A DNA stretch of 63,227 nt, the filler included. It is 7 parts of 7 records of this genome, joined end to end, with 100 filler letters (N's around TTAATTAATTAA, not from the genome) between each part and the next. Parts side by side here need not be neighbours in the genome. Positions count along the whole stretch, not along the records: positions 10,591 to 34,296 come from SRR31156797_7807; 6 more parts are not named here. One strand, given 5' to 3'. The position numbers and the translations under genes were made by a program. Positions within the stretch are counted from its first letter, which is position 1; every line of letters begins with the position of its first letter. Of the stretch, positions 10,491-19,666 are shown piece by piece. Under the pieces are notes generated by a model that was not told the DNA's origin, ran no database searches, and saw nothing but the letters and a program-made list of their open reading frames with translations.

Positions 10491-10590
10491 NNNNNNNNNN
10501 NNNNNNNNNNNNNNNNNNNNNNNNNNNNNNNNNNTTAATTAATTAANNNNNNNNNNNNNNNNNNNNNNNNNNNNNNNNNNNNNNNNNNNN
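10491..10590. other. Artificial contig spacer
   Basis: N-run with TTAATTAATTAA. Confidence 0.98.
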
Positions 10591-10616
10591 CATTCTATCC
10601 ATTGAACTATGGGGCC
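10591..10616 (-). tRNA. 5' fragment of a tRNA (probably tRNA-Arg), cut by the contig end
   Basis: Minus strand reads GGCCCCATAGTTCAATGGATAGAATG (acceptor 5' strand, U8-A9, D-arm with GG). Preceded by a Bacteroidota promoter element. The anticodon is not in the window. Confidence 0.7.
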
Positions 10617-10634
10617 GGTTCAAAAAAGTGGCTG

Positions 10635-10642
10635 CAAAAGTA
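10635..10642 (-). promoter_or_regulatory. Bacteroidota housekeeping promoter -7 element for the tRNA
   Basis: TACTTTTG(CA) matches TAnnTTTG, about 19 nt upstream of the tRNA. Confidence 0.65.
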
Positions 10643-10906
10643 CACTTTTTCAGGGAAAGAATTTTCTTTTTATCCATTCCCGGCCAGTGCCAGTTTTGAG
10701 GAACGATTCACGTTTTCTGGCCCTGGCCATTGTTAGAAGAGATTCCAGATAAATGATTATCCCGGGGGTAAATCTCCTTGTAGTTTATAAACTTCCTGAA
10801 TGCTGCTTTTTGCATCAAATTTCAGTATATCATGGTCATTCTATCATAAGGATACGGTTATATCGAATAACCAATAACTTTATAATAAATAACCAAAAAC
10901 CCACAG

Positions 10907-11830
10907 CTACTCTTTAAACCCATCCGGCTTCACTATAGTAAACACCCTGGAAATATTAAACCCAAAATATACATCTCCATCTGTCCATTTGCCCTTGGTT
11001 TCTGTAATAAATGCGCTTTCAAAAATAGGGTTTGAATTGGTGAAAAACAACTGGAATACATGCCCCCCGGTTTCAATATCAAAGCCAATGGAAAAGGAAT
11101 TGTCATAATCACTCGACACTATCTGGTCGGGCAAAACATAGAAATACTCGGCGTTTACCGAAACCCGATTGGTGAGTTTAACACGGCCTCCAAATCCGGT
11201 GGCAAATATATCATTCTTGTCTTCGGTAGTAGCTACCAGGTTTTTATGAACCAGTGTAGGTGTAATTTGTAAAGATATCGCCGGGCTGAATTTTCGTGCA
11301 ATCAGTAACTGATGTGTATAAGCCAGCCTGGACGAAAAGTGATTTTCCCTGTCAGGTTCGTTCCATTTTAAGGAGTTGAGCGAAAGACTGCCAAAATATG
11401 ACATGGTTATCGGCATATTTACGGCTCCGGAACTCTGCCTGAGGAATTTGGCCTTTATAAATCCATCGTAGGTTTTTTTATAACTACTTCGGCCAACACC
11501 TACTGCCAGCCAGTCGGTTATACCATAATCCAGCCCAAGGCGTATGGTAGCCTGATCCAGACCCCAAAGCTCGTAGGATCCGGAATTCAAATATCCAAAA
11601 TGATGTTGTATAAGAAAGACGAGGGTTCCTTTTGCCGGGTTTTCAACGGATTGCCCTAAAACCAGTCGTGTTGCTTTAAAAGTGGCATAGGTATAATCCG
11701 TGGTTTCCTCACCTGATTCGAGTAACGACATCAGGTCATCCTGAGCTTTTACTGTTTGGAACCCAAATATAAATAACAAGCACATCATGGTCAATGTCTG
11801 ATATGTTTTCGAATATATAAGTGTTTTCAT
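10907..11830 (-). CDS. Outer-membrane beta-barrel protein (DUF5777-like)
   Basis: Signal peptide; ATFKATRL..GQSVE, FDIETGGHVFQLFFTNS and GFNISRVF patterns; amphipathic strands. Confidence 0.75.
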   Translation of the reverse strand: MKTLIYSKTYQTLTMMCLLFIFGFQTVKAQDDLMSLLESGEETTDYTYATFKATRLVLGQSVENPAKGTLVFLIQHHFGYLNSGSYELWGLDQATIRLGLDYGITDWLAVGVGRSSYKKTYDGFIKAKFLRQSSGAVNMPITMSYFGSLSLNSLKWNEPDRENHFSSRLAYTHQLLIARKFSPAISLQITPTLVHKNLVATTEDKNDIFATGFGGRVKLTNRVSVNAEYFYVLPDQIVSSDYDNSFSIGFDIETGGHVFQLFFTNSNPIFESAFITETKGKWTDGDVYFGFNISRVFTIVKPDGFKE

Positions 11831-11849
11831 AACTAATATCCTATTTTGA

Positions 11850-12245
11850 TTAATTATTTGGAGCTCCGTTATCGAGCCAGAAATTTATCTGGGTCAGGTC
11901 ACATTCATTCAGTTTTTCACCACCTTGCGGCATAGGTGAATATCCATCCAGGTGATTGATGGCTCCCCTGAACTTTCCGTTATTGATAACTACCTGCAGG
12001 TCATCGTAATTGTCAACGACGATTCCACCCTGTTGGTTTACCGAGTTGTGACAGGTATAACAGTTCACTTCGAGTATGGGTACCACTGTCCCTGAGTAGG
12101 TAATATTTGTAGTATCGCAGGATGGCGGGTTTGGGTAGAGGTCTTCTTCGTTATCATAGTAGCAGGATGTAATACTCCAAAAGCCAAATGTGGAGAATAT
12201 TGCTATTATGAACAGGTTTCTGAATTTAATTATTTGGTGTACCAT
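11850..12245 (-). CDS. Monoheme c-type cytochrome lipoprotein
   Basis: Lipobox ITSC; CYTCH; distal MP (SPMPQGG); W-x-x-x-GAPNN end; start overlaps the upstream gene by 20 nt. Confidence 0.8.
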   Translation of the reverse strand: MVHQIIKFRNLFIIAIFSTFGFWSITSCYYDNEEDLYPNPPSCDTTNITYSGTVVPILEVNCYTCHNSVNQQGGIVVDNYDDLQVVINNGKFRGAINHLDGYSPMPQGGEKLNECDLTQINFWLDNGAPNN

Positions 12246-13380
12246 CGTTTATCCAGTTTTCGATTTGAGAGATTTTGCAATCAGATAATTGTGCCCCGTT
12301 TTGAGGCATGGGTGAATATCCGGGTTCATGTTTTATAGCACCGAGAAGCAATCCGCTGTTAGCCACAGCTACAACATTATCATAATTTTCCAGGAGTATG
12401 CCTCCCTGCGGAGATGACCCGCTGTGGCATCCGAAGCAGGTTCCCTGGATGACAGGCCAGACAGTTTCAGCGAATGAAACATTTACTGTATCGCATTCTA
12501 TTTCATCGCAGTGGTTGTTCAATGCTCCCTGTTCGATCCATTTAAAAACCGATGTGATTTGTTCCGAAGTGAGCGGTGAGCGGGGAGGTGGCGGCATGCG
12601 GTCGTCAGGGTCAGTTTCTACAAGCACTTCATAAAGTTCGCTATCAGAAGGGTTACCCGGATCGATAATATTGGATTCCATAATGCTTTGGTAACTTGTA
12701 AGAACTATACCGTTGTTTGCAGTTCCCGGATCATGGCAGCCAATGATGCCGCAGGACGACTGTAAAAGCGGCAATATGGTATTTTCAAAATATACCGTAT
12801 CCGGATCACAGGGTATTCCGCCAGGTCCGGGTTCATTAAAGGTTGTATCACGAACCCAGATTTCAAATTTTGCAATATCACAATCCGAAAGCATAATACC
12901 TGTTGGTGGCATTGGGTTATATCCCGACTCATGCCGTATTGCTCCAAGGAGTTGGCCGCTTTGAGCAACAAAAGAAACAGTTTCGTAATCCTCAAAATCA
13001 AGCCCTCCCTCAGGGGTTGGGCCACTGTGACATTCCAGACAAAATTGCGCAAAAAGTGGTTGAATTGTTCCGGGAAAAGTAACATTTACAGTATCACATT
13101 CAGGTGGTTCAGGTTCCACAAATGTGGTGTCCCGAATCCATATCTCAATTTTTGCAATATCGCAATCGCTAAGCTTATCACCACCCTGTGGCATGGGTGT
13201 ATAACCACTTTCATGTCGGATAGCTCCAAGCAGGTTTCCATTTTCTGCTAATGCGGCTACTGTTGAATAATCTTCAAGGTTTATGCCTGCCTGAGGGGAT
13301 GCGCCGCTATGGCAACTCAAACAATATTGGTCGAAAATAGGGAGTACTGAATGCTTGTATGTCACGTTCACTGTATCACA
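12226..13380 (-). repeat. Four tandem ~94-105 aa cytochrome modules (module starts 13380, 13098, 12810, 12495); a fifth homologous module starts at 12119 in the next gene
   Basis: Recurrent C-D-T-V-N-V-(T/S)...CxxCH...LLGAI(R/K)HE.GY.PMP...LSDC.I..(I/F)E.W. Confidence 0.85.
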
Positions 13381-13503
13381 GTCTCCGTTTCCACCCCCAT
13401 TGCCATTGCCTGGGCCGGGCATTTCAGATGGGTCATGCTTGCAACTGTTTACAAAAACAACTGCGAGTAAGACACCAGTAATTAGTAAGATCTTTTTTTT
13501 CAT
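12226..13503 (-). CDS. Tetraheme c-type cytochrome lipoprotein made of four tandem monoheme (planctomycete cytochrome c-like) modules
   Basis: Start MKKKILL.. with lipobox VNSC; heme motifs CLSCH, CLECH, CGIIGCH and CFGCH, each followed by an MP motif. Confidence 0.85.
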   Translation of the reverse strand: MKKKILLITGVLLAVVFVNSCKHDPSEMPGPGNGNGGGNGDCDTVNVTYKHSVLPIFDQYCLSCHSGASPQAGINLEDYSTVAALAENGNLLGAIRHESGYTPMPQGGDKLSDCDIAKIEIWIRDTTFVEPEPPECDTVNVTFPGTIQPLFAQFCLECHSGPTPEGGLDFEDYETVSFVAQSGQLLGAIRHESGYNPMPPTGIMLSDCDIAKFEIWVRDTTFNEPGPGGIPCDPDTVYFENTILPLLQSSCGIIGCHDPGTANNGIVLTSYQSIMESNIIDPGNPSDSELYEVLVETDPDDRMPPPPRSPLTSEQITSVFKWIEQGALNNHCDEIECDTVNVSFAETVWPVIQGTCFGCHSGSSPQGGILLENYDNVVAVANSGLLLGAIKHEPGYSPMPQNGAQLSDCKISQIENWINDGTPNN

Positions 13504-13595
13504 ATCGGACGGCTTGAATCTAATTTTTATTCTTATTCCGCTATTTGTTTCATACAATTGGATTCAGCGTTTTTTCTGCTGTATCCACAATAGTG

Positions 13596-13603
13596 CAAAA
13601 TTA
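13596..13603 (-). promoter_or_regulatory. Bacteroidota -7 promoter element for the cytochrome operon
   Basis: TAATTTTG(CA), about 93 nt upstream of the ATG at 13503. Confidence 0.55.
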
Positions 13604-13731
13604 TTTTTGTAAGGTAAAACTAACTACGAATTCTACATCAAACGGCATGATTAGTATCCCAACGGGGAAAAAAGATAACCAAACGATCTTTACCGGAAAT
13701 GATCCGGATTCTACATAACAGACGTCAGTTT

Positions 13732-16074
13732 TTAAATATTTAACGCCTTTACGTAGGCGTCGTCATAATACTTTCTCAAAACACGCCAGCCAAACATGGG
13801 TGAATTTTCCTGTATGCGGTTTCGTAAACCAATGCGTTCCATACGTTCGAGCTTCACGAAATCAAACATCTTCTGAGCCAGTTCTTCTGCAGATTCATTC
13901 GGATGTATGTTTTTACGTTTCACCACAATCAATCCTTTATCTTCGTTATCTTCAACATTATTAAGCACGTAAGAACCGAATCCGGACAGGTCGGTGGTTA
14001 CTGATGGAAGTCCTGAGGCACAACATTCCAACGGTGTATAACCCCAGGGTTCATAATAACTTGGGAAAACACCAAGGTGGCAACCCCTGACAAATTGCAG
14101 ATAATCCATTCTGAAAAGTGGATTTGATGTAGAAACAAAATCAGGATGATATACGATTTTCACCTTGTCTTCTTTGTAATTGAGCAGTTGCGATGTTTTC
14201 AGGAAATTCATGATCGGATCTTTGTGTTCATCCACCAGGTTGTGCGTAACGATAGCCGGCATGCGGTCGCTGCGCCAGCTACCTAGGTTACGACGCAATC
14301 GGAGCGCAAGGTAATCATCAACCAGGCTGTTCAGATTAGGCAGGGCATTGGTGTCTTCTTTAATGAGCATTTCATTAAACAATTTATCGGCCAGAACTTC
14401 CTGAATGTCATCGCAGTTTCGTCTGATTTCTTCCAGCTTGGCTTTGGATTCCAATACACTGGAGTTCATGGAATGATAAGGAGCCCGTGTGATGAAGAAC
14501 ATAACCACTGTTTTGTCGATGTTTGCTTCTTTCATCATCCAGTTGAGTTTGGCCAGTGCCTCAAGTGTTACGTCGAAACCTTTGTTGAAATATTCGTACC
14601 GGCCGGAAGTGAAGAAATAAAGGGTGTTGTCCAGGTCAAAGGTGTAGTTATGGAAAAAATGCCCGGTGATAAACTCATTGATCATGTGCTTGGTTTGCTT
14701 GTGAATCTGCTGAAATTCATGCATCACTTCAAACCGCTTGATATTAAGCCCGTTGGGTAGCACTGATTCCGGCTTTCGCCCGATGAGGTATTCGCACTCG
14801 TAAGCCGTTAGGTCACTCACGGTGGAAAAAATATGTGCGCCATGGGAGGCTGCACGCTCAATATCCACAATATGCCTGATGTTGAAATGGTTGGCCTCTG
14901 CCTGCCAGTCGTAAAACGGAAGGTGGTCATAAAACTGCGGATCGTTCATGGCGAGATATCGCCCAAGCATGGTGGCATGCGTTGTGAAGATGAGTTTTGC
15001 ATTTACCTTATGTCGCCTGAGTTCAGGAATGGGAATCCCGGCCATCCACTCATGAAAATGTGCAATAAGTTGCTTGTTGAGGTTTTCGCGATATGAGAGT
15101 TGTTTAATAAATTCATATACCATAAATCCAAACGAAATCACCTGATTAACGAGATCATCATTACCGGGAAGGCTTATATTATGATGCTCCCAGAATATAT
15201 ATTTGTGTTCATGGATTTTGGGTAAAAGCGATTGTGGGTTGAACAAAATGGCTGTAGGGCGGCCATCGATGAGCCATGTTCCATAATGAATGTCATATCC
15301 CATGCTGTGCATAATCCGGACAACATCTTTCACCGGATCAGGATTTTCTTTGATTTTTTCTTCGTTATAAAGATCCGGGTCGTACTCAAACATGGCAGCA
15401 GCCTGATTGGCAAAATAAGGCCCAAGTAAAATATAGTTATCTCCCCATTTCCTCCTGGCTGAGGGAACCTTGGTCTGGATTACGGTATAAATTCCCCCTA
15501 CCTGGTTACAAACCTCCCAGGCACATTCAAGGAGTAAAGAACTATTTACCTGTTCATCGGTTAGCTCGAGTAGTGGATCTTGCTTTTGAACAGGCTCTTC
15601 AATTTTTACTGGCTCTTTAGCTTTGGATTGTTCCACAGTTTTGCTTTTTTCGGGTTTTATCTTCACTTCTTTTTGTGCTGATTCGCTTGCCTCAACATAC
15701 GAACGCGCTGTATTGTCTCTCTTAATGGTTTTTGTGTCGCTTGTTCCTTCAGTTGTAACGAATTCACGTTCGGGCAATTTCGGGTATGGAGATGCGTACA
15801 TCGATTCGTGACTCTTATCCTGTTCAACTTTCCCTGCATTACCTGTTTCGATGTAACTGGGATCAGGAGCCGGAGACACCTTTTTAGTACCTGATTTTGT
15901 GCTTGATGCGGGTTTTTTTACCCCGGGTTTTGAACCCGTTACTTTTTCTTTGGCAGGCACAACCTTTGCCTCATCTACCGGGGGTTTACTTTTTCGACCT
16001 GTTGTTTTTGCAGTAGATTTTCCGGTTACCTTCTTACCTGTATCACTTTTACCTGTTTTCTTGCTTTGTGCCAT
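13732..16074 (-). CDS. Glycogen synthase, GT3 (eukaryote-type) family, with long low-complexity N-terminal extension
   Basis: WEVCNQVGGIYTV, HFHEWMAG, FTTHATMLGRYL, FTSGRYEYFNKG, FPSYYEPWGYTPLEC; start moved to MAQSKK downstream of the promoter element. Confidence 0.9.
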   Translation of the reverse strand: MAQSKKTGKSDTGKKVTGKSTAKTTGRKSKPPVDEAKVVPAKEKVTGSKPGVKKPASSTKSGTKKVSPAPDPSYIETGNAGKVEQDKSHESMYASPYPKLPEREFVTTEGTSDTKTIKRDNTARSYVEASESAQKEVKIKPEKSKTVEQSKAKEPVKIEEPVQKQDPLLELTDEQVNSSLLLECAWEVCNQVGGIYTVIQTKVPSARRKWGDNYILLGPYFANQAAAMFEYDPDLYNEEKIKENPDPVKDVVRIMHSMGYDIHYGTWLIDGRPTAILFNPQSLLPKIHEHKYIFWEHHNISLPGNDDLVNQVISFGFMVYEFIKQLSYRENLNKQLIAHFHEWMAGIPIPELRRHKVNAKLIFTTHATMLGRYLAMNDPQFYDHLPFYDWQAEANHFNIRHIVDIERAASHGAHIFSTVSDLTAYECEYLIGRKPESVLPNGLNIKRFEVMHEFQQIHKQTKHMINEFITGHFFHNYTFDLDNTLYFFTSGRYEYFNKGFDVTLEALAKLNWMMKEANIDKTVVMFFITRAPYHSMNSSVLESKAKLEEIRRNCDDIQEVLADKLFNEMLIKEDTNALPNLNSLVDDYLALRLRRNLGSWRSDRMPAIVTHNLVDEHKDPIMNFLKTSQLLNYKEDKVKIVYHPDFVSTSNPLFRMDYLQFVRGCHLGVFPSYYEPWGYTPLECCASGLPSVTTDLSGFGSYVLNNVEDNEDKGLIVVKRKNIHPNESAEELAQKMFDFVKLERMERIGLRNRIQENSPMFGWRVLRKYYDDAYVKALNI

Positions 16075-16100
16075 AATGATCTTTTTTTTCAATAATAGTT

Positions 16101-16108
16101 CAAAAGTA
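16101..16108 (-). promoter_or_regulatory. Bacteroidota -7 promoter element for glycogen synthase
   Basis: TACTTTTG, 27 nt upstream of the ATG at 16074. Confidence 0.55.
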
Positions 16109-16156
16109 AATACAAAAAAGCAATTCCTTTTCAAAATCTTACAGATTTTAAATATT

Positions 16157-16903
16157 TTATGGAATTGCGGGTTTTCTGCCAATTGCAATGGTGGATAAGC
16201 CAATCCGGTTGCAAAGTAAACGATCAGCTAACCTGAAAAGGGGAACCAGGTCATTGAATATATTCACCTGCGATACAGGTATAACACTGTTTCTTAATAT
16301 ATTACCTGAAAAAAACCATCCCAGTATGCCTGCAAAATTAAAATATTGGTTGTGGATGATATCCAGCTTGTTTTGCAACAGGATTTTAGAAAGTAAAGAT
16401 TTAGTATACCTGCGGTAATGCCCCAGCCTGTAATCAAATTTGTTATACAAGGCATCATATGCAGGTACCAGGATGATTAGGTGGCCGCCGGGTTTCAGGA
16501 GCTTTTTGCTGTTTGAAATGGCAAGATCATCATTTTCGATATGTTCAACCACGTTGAGCGCGAAAACGGTATCGAAAGATCCAAGCAGGTTGACATGTTT
16601 ATTTTCGAAGTCCGGGTCAGCAAGGTCCATTTTTAGTACCCCGCTTAGTGAATTAGATCCGGAGAACCTCTCTTCCAGAGGTTTACAATAACTTGTCCTG
16701 ATGTCGGTGAGGGTTATTTTAAAATGATCGTCCAGGAAGTACTTGGAAATGTTGCCGGCCCCGCTTCCAATTTCCAGCACCTCACCTTTACACCAGGGTT
16801 TTATGGTATTATACATCCAGCTGTTGAAACGATCGGCTTTACCAATGGCCTGTAGCGTTTCTTCACCCACTTCATCAAACTCACTAAACTCAAATTTCCT
16901 CAT
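16157..16903 (-). CDS. Class I SAM-dependent methyltransferase
   Basis: VLEIGSGAG motif I; NVVEHIEND; LKPGGHLIILVPA; GHYRRY. Confidence 0.85.
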   Translation of the reverse strand: MRKFEFSEFDEVGEETLQAIGKADRFNSWMYNTIKPWCKGEVLEIGSGAGNISKYFLDDHFKITLTDIRTSYCKPLEERFSGSNSLSGVLKMDLADPDFENKHVNLLGSFDTVFALNVVEHIENDDLAISNSKKLLKPGGHLIILVPAYDALYNKFDYRLGHYRRYTKSLLSKILLQNKLDIIHNQYFNFAGILGWFFSGNILRNSVIPVSQVNIFNDLVPLFRLADRLLCNRIGLSTIAIGRKPAIP

Positions 16904-16906
16904 GTT

Positions 16907-18274
16907 TTACGACCTTAACAGCTTTAGAAAAGCTTCAATGGAATAGGATTCCTGGTTACCCGAGTTCATGTTTTTCACTGATAATTCTTCCTTTTCTATT
17001 TCATTTTTCCCTACCAGTACCACCCAGGGTATCCGTTTTTTATTTGCGTAGGCCATCTGTTTTTTCATTTTGGCAGCTTCAGGATAAAGTTCAGCGTTAA
17101 AGCCAGCCTCTCTGATTTTGCCAATAGCCTTCAGGCAGTATTTTTCTTCCTCTTTTCCAAAGTTTACAAAGAACACTTGTGTGGAGTCTGTAGAAGCCTC
17201 TGGATAAAGGTTTAATTCGTTGAGTACATCATAAATCCGGTCGGCACCAAATGAGATGCCCACACCAGAGGTTCCGGGCATACCAAAAATCCCGGTGAGG
17301 TCATCATAACGGCCTCCCCCGCATATGCTACCAATTTTCACATCACTGGCTTTTACCTCGATAATTGCCCCTGTGTAATAATTTAATCCGCGTGCCAGCG
17401 TGAGATCGAGTTCAATAAGTCCGTTCAACCGAAGGTACTCAAGGTCAGTAAAAATTTCTCTCATTTCACGGATACCCTTTTGGCCGGTTTCGCTGGATTG
17501 CAATACCTGCTCAAGTACTTCAAATTTCTGCTGATCCGATCCTTCCATTTTCAGGATAGGTTGTAACTTTTCGATGGCATCGGCAGAAATTCCTTTTTCG
17601 GCCATTTCCTGGTTTACTTTTTCAAGACCGATCTTATCCAGTTTATCGATAGCAACTGTAATGTCTGTCAATTTATCGGATTCACCAATCACTTCGGCAA
17701 TGCCGGCCAGGATTTTTCGGTTATTGAGTTTAACTTTAACATTGATGCGGAGCCTGGTAAATACATCGTTGATCATCTGGATCAGTTCAACCTCGTTCAA
17801 TAGGGCATCACTGCCAATTACATCCACATCACACTGGTAAAACTCACGGTATCTGCCTTTTTGAGGCCTGTCGGCACGCCACACCGGCTGCACCTGGTAT
17901 CGTTTAAAAGGGAAATTTATTTCGTTGCGGTGTTGTACCACAAACCGGGCAAAAGGCACCGTTAAGTCATAGCGGAGGCCTTTTTCCGAGACTTTAGTCG
18001 ACATTGTGGCCAGGTCCCTTATTTGCATTTCATCATCAGAAACCTTTTTCAGGAAATCTCCACTGTTCAATATCCGGTACAACAATTTGTCGCCCTCTTC
18101 ACCGTACTTTCCAAGCAATGTTGATAGGTTTTCCATGGCCGGAGTTTCGATGGGCTGGTAGCCATAGCGTTTAAATACCGATATAATGGTGTTGAAAATA
18201 TAGTTTCTGCGCATCATTTCTTCGGGGATAAAGTCGCGCGTTCCCTTTGGTATGGATGGTTTTTGAGATGCCAT
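16907..18274 (-). CDS. hisS: Histidine--tRNA ligase
   Basis: [52 protein letters not shown]. Confidence 0.98.
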   Translation of the reverse strand: MASQKPSIPKGTRDFIPEEMMRRNYIFNTIISVFKRYGYQPIETPAMENLSTLLGKYGEEGDKLLYRILNSGDFLKKVSDDEMQIRDLATMSTKVSEKGLRYDLTVPFARFVVQHRNEINFPFKRYQVQPVWRADRPQKGRYREFYQCDVDVIGSDALLNEVELIQMINDVFTRLRINVKVKLNNRKILAGIAEVIGESDKLTDITVAIDKLDKIGLEKVNQEMAEKGISADAIEKLQPILKMEGSDQQKFEVLEQVLQSSETGQKGIREMREIFTDLEYLRLNGLIELDLTLARGLNYYTGAIIEVKASDVKIGSICGGGRYDDLTGIFGMPGTSGVGISFGADRIYDVLNELNLYPEASTDSTQVFFVNFGKEEEKYCLKAIGKIREAGFNAELYPEAAKMKKQMAYANKKRIPWVVLVGKNEIEKEELSVKNMNSGNQESYSIEAFLKLLRS

Positions 18275-18295
18275 TAAATGTAAAAGTTTAAATAT

Positions 18296-19657
18296 TTATT
18301 TTTTTGATTTCGTATGGTTTGGTTTATCCGAATAGAAAAGTACCAGATAACCAATAATTCCTGCAATCAGCGATGAAAACAGGATACCGATTTTTGCAAT
18401 TTCGATATTGTATGGGTCGGTTTTAAAAGCCAGATTGTCGATGAAGATCGACATGGTAAATCCGATCCCACCCAGGAATCCGGCACCGATGATGTGTTTC
18501 CACTTGATATCTTTAGGTAGTGATGCAATCTTAAACTTTGTTGCCAGCCAGGTAAAAAGTGCAATCCCAACCGGTTTACCAAATACCAGACCTGCAAAAA
18601 CACCCACCGCAATGGGGTTCCCGATGTCAGTAAAAAGCGTTCCTTTAAAAATCACACCGGCATTGGCAAAGGCAAACAACGGGATGATAAAATAGGCTAC
18701 CCAGGAATGTAACGAATGTTCGATGCGCAGCAATGGCGATACTGCATGTGTACAATTGTCGCCAATGGTGTAGATGGCGTGTATCAGTTTCTTGTCTCTT
18801 TTAGGGTCAAGCTCTTCATCCAGGTCATCTTTTCTTTTCAGCCTGTCGAGCACGGATTCGTTGGAGGAAACACATTCGTCAACCGAGCGTTTCGCCTTTC
18901 CGGGTATGGCAATAGCCAGTAAAATTCCGGCAACGGTGGCATGAACCCCGGATTTGAGTAGCGCTACCCAAAGGAAAAATCCGATGAAAAGATAAATAGA
19001 TACCCGGTATACTTTGAGTGCATTCATGGTCATCAGGAATAAAAACAGCAATCCTGCAATTAACAGGGCTCCCAGGTAAAGTTTGGAGCTATAAAAAATC
19101 GCTATTACGACTACAGCACCAATATCATCAACAATGGCCAGGGCCGTTAAGAATAGTTTTAATGATAACGGAACTCGGCTTCCCAATAATGTCATAACAC
19201 CCAGGGCAAAGGCAATATCAGTGGCCATGGGAATTCCCCATCCGGGCCATCCTGTCCCGTAATAATTAAAAAACTGATAAAATAAAGCGGGTAGCAACAT
19301 ACCACCTATGGCAGCAAAAGCCGGTAATGCTGCTTTGTTAAAACTCGACAGTTCGCCGGTTTGGGTTTCACGTTTTATTTCCAACCCAACCAGGAAAAAG
19401 AAAATTGCCATCAGGCCATCATTGATCCAGAGTATTAAAGGCTTGTCAAGCCTGAACCCTTCAACAGCAAGTGTGAGCTTTTGCTGAAAAAATCCAAAAT
19501 ATGCATCAGAGAATGGTGAATTGGCGAGGTAAAGCGCAACTACTGTAACAATCATGAGCAATATACCACTGAATGCCTCCATTTTGATAAACTTATTCAG
19601 CGGATTTACGATCTCAAACAGCAGAGGTCTTTGACGAAAGAATCTTGAAACTTTCAT
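18296..19657 (-). CDS. nhaA: Na+/H+ antiporter NhaA
   Basis: WINDGLMAIFF, GIPMATDIAF, LAIVDDIGA, GIGFTMSIFI. Confidence 0.97.
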   Translation of the reverse strand: MKVSRFFRQRPLLFEIVNPLNKFIKMEAFSGILLMIVTVVALYLANSPFSDAYFGFFQQKLTLAVEGFRLDKPLILWINDGLMAIFFFLVGLEIKRETQTGELSSFNKAALPAFAAIGGMLLPALFYQFFNYYGTGWPGWGIPMATDIAFALGVMTLLGSRVPLSLKLFLTALAIVDDIGAVVVIAIFYSSKLYLGALLIAGLLFLFLMTMNALKVYRVSIYLFIGFFLWVALLKSGVHATVAGILLAIAIPGKAKRSVDECVSSNESVLDRLKRKDDLDEELDPKRDKKLIHAIYTIGDNCTHAVSPLLRIEHSLHSWVAYFIIPLFAFANAGVIFKGTLFTDIGNPIAVGVFAGLVFGKPVGIALFTWLATKFKIASLPKDIKWKHIIGAGFLGGIGFTMSIFIDNLAFKTDPYNIEIAKIGILFSSLIAGIIGYLVLFYSDKPNHTKSKK

Positions 19658-19666
19658 GGGTATTAA

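Noticed and set aside
16075-16203. N-terminal 43 codons of the listed 823-aa ORF
   Set aside because: Overlaps the methyltransferase end and contains the promoter element; the real start is more likely 16074.
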